Assembly: GCA_035250975.1 (NCBI GenBank)
Contig: DATFEP010000060.1
Location: 1-20,428, forward strand
Origin: Nitrososphaeraceae archaeon
GTDB lineage: Archaea; Thermoproteota; Nitrososphaeria; Nitrososphaerales; Nitrososphaeraceae
Reading direction: 5' to 3'
Length of the DNA stretch: 20,428 nucleotides
Positions within the stretch are counted from its first letter, which is position 1, and each line of letters starts with the position of its first letter. The notes below the pieces were generated by a model. The model searched no databases. It was given only the letters and a program-made list of their open reading frames with translations, and was not told the origin of the DNA. Below are positions 18,985-20,428 of the stretch, piece after piece. The translations under genes and the position numbers were made by a program.

Positions 18985-19512
18985 CTATTCCAATATCCAT
19001 ATAGATCTTAGTGTATCCGCGTCACTTCTAGATATTCCAATGGTATTGTTCAGGAAGGAAAATTTGTCATCTGTGGTAGAATTAAAATATATGATACCTC
19101 TGTACCCAGGATGTGCCGCGACGACAAGATTTACATCATAAGACTCCCATCCTATCATGTGACCAACTTCAGAAACTATCTTTCAATGTCCTTGTCCAAA
19201 AATAGTCTTATTATAAATTACTGATGTTTAAAAATATAGCATTGTTTATTACTTTACCGATGTGTTTTATTGTTGCATTTTCAGTACATTTATCTTCTAA
19301 AACTACATAAGGATGAGATTTAACTTCTTTAGAACTTGTACATTTACCACTTGTTGCTATATAGACAGGATCGATATTTTCTATCTTGTTATTGTGCTGT
19401 TGTTAATTAAATTCTCTGTTGCTTCAGCATCTACAGAAAAATAATGGTCAATACCAATAATCGAAGAAAAACAAAGCATGGTTATGTAAATATACTTTTT
19501 TTGTATGAGCAC
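18985..19512 (-). pseudogene. Decayed secreted beta-rich protein (two frameshifts, one nonsense codon)
   Basis: Pieces: MLIQKKYIYITMLCFSSIIGIDHYFSVDAEA.. / KIENIDPVYIATSGKCTSSKEVKSHPYVVLEDKCTENATIKHIGKVINN.. / KTIFGQGH*KIVSEVGHMIGWESYDV..GYRGIIYFNSTTDDKFSFLNNTIG..IWILE*. Confidence 0.6.
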
Positions 19513-19940
19513 ATTTTATCGAATAATATTATCAAATAATAATGTTGCTTGTTTTTTATCTCTATTATGACTTAGTAAAATACACAATTATTCGTTTTAA
19601 TTTTCAATAAATTTGAGAGGAAAGAAGAATCTCAAAAACCAATGTTAATTTATTATATCTGATTTCAATTAAAATTATACAATTATTAGATCGCTTTTCA
19701 ATATTCAAATTCTGTTGAATAAAGTATCTGCTTGATGGCAATACCGCACGAAATTTTATCTTGGTTTGAATTATATTTAAAAATATTATTATTTCTTCTA
19801 TATTTTGAGATTCATCATCGTAGCTATAAAATCAATGGATTAATAATATGGAAACCACTGAAAGCAATAAATATTCATAATAGGATAAGAACATAAAACT
19901 CAAAATAAACAAAAAATAAATATTACGAAGACTGAAACTA

Positions 19941-20354
19941 ATGGCCTTGAATCAACAGAAATTAATTGATTTTGGACCGTTACCATTACGGATAATAGCT
20001 GGTGTGGGCTTTATTGCTCATGGCCTTCCTAAACTTGTTGATATTGCAAACAGTCAAAATTCGTTTATAAATATGGGATTACCACCAGAATTGGCAATTG
20101 TTATAGGACTTTTAGAGTTTATAGGCGGGATAGCAATTCTCTTAGGAGTCTTAACAAGAATTTCTGCAATTTTACTGGCAATAGACATGATAGGTGCTAT
20201 ATTTACAGTAAAATTATCAAAGGGTTTTATTGGTGGATTCGAGTTAGATCTCTTGTATCTTGCAATAATGATAAGCTTGATCTTGACAGGACCTGGTTCG
20301 TTATCAATAGAAAAAAATCTTCTGAGGAGAGAAATTTTTCCTAAAAAATCATAA
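19941..20354 (+). CDS. DoxX family membrane protein
   Basis: LRIIAGVGFIAHGLPKL, EFIGGIAILLGVLTR, GFELDL, GPGSLSIE. Confidence 0.93.
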   Translation: MALNQQKLIDFGPLPLRIIAGVGFIAHGLPKLVDIANSQNSFINMGLPPELAIVIGLLEFIGGIAILLGVLTRISAILLAIDMIGAIFTVKLSKGFIGGFELDLLYLAIMISLILTGPGSLSIEKNLLRREIFPKKS

Positions 20355-20428
20355 ATTTTTTCTTATATAAATAATATTTATTTATTCTATTTAATTTCGT
20401 TTTCCTTTTATTTTTATTTTATACTTCA

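Noticed and set aside
1-20428. CRISPR array, rRNA, intact IS or integrase
   Set aside because: No regularly spaced repeats, GC-rich structural RNA stretches or recombinase ORFs were found.

Overview
Very AT-rich archaeal DNA with TATA/BRE promoters and mostly leaderless genes. Gene content (class III PhaC, DUF6659-like protein, stand-alone Cache protein, CPAGTxLEG-repeat secreted protein) suggests a soil ammonia-oxidising archaeon of the Nitrosocosmicus/Nitrososphaeraceae type; this is an inference. A 22-nt tRNA 3'-end fragment at 724-745 looks like an att site bounding an integrated island that extends rightwards. Just inside it is an arsenic cluster: a disrupted acr3, a USP, and an arsM-arsC-MIP operon. 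That operon is divergent from an HxlR/DUF24-family regulator with three Cys (C18, C52-C53), and no ArsR is visible in the window. The rest is accessory: a CBS + B-box-like zinc-finger protein, a frameshifted Cache protein, a PepSY protein, PhaC with a PhaE-like N-terminal extension, nitroreductase, SDR, DUF72, DoxX, small zinc-ribbon and membrane proteins, and many decayed gene remnants. No integrase, intact transposase, CRISPR array or full-length RNA gene is visible.
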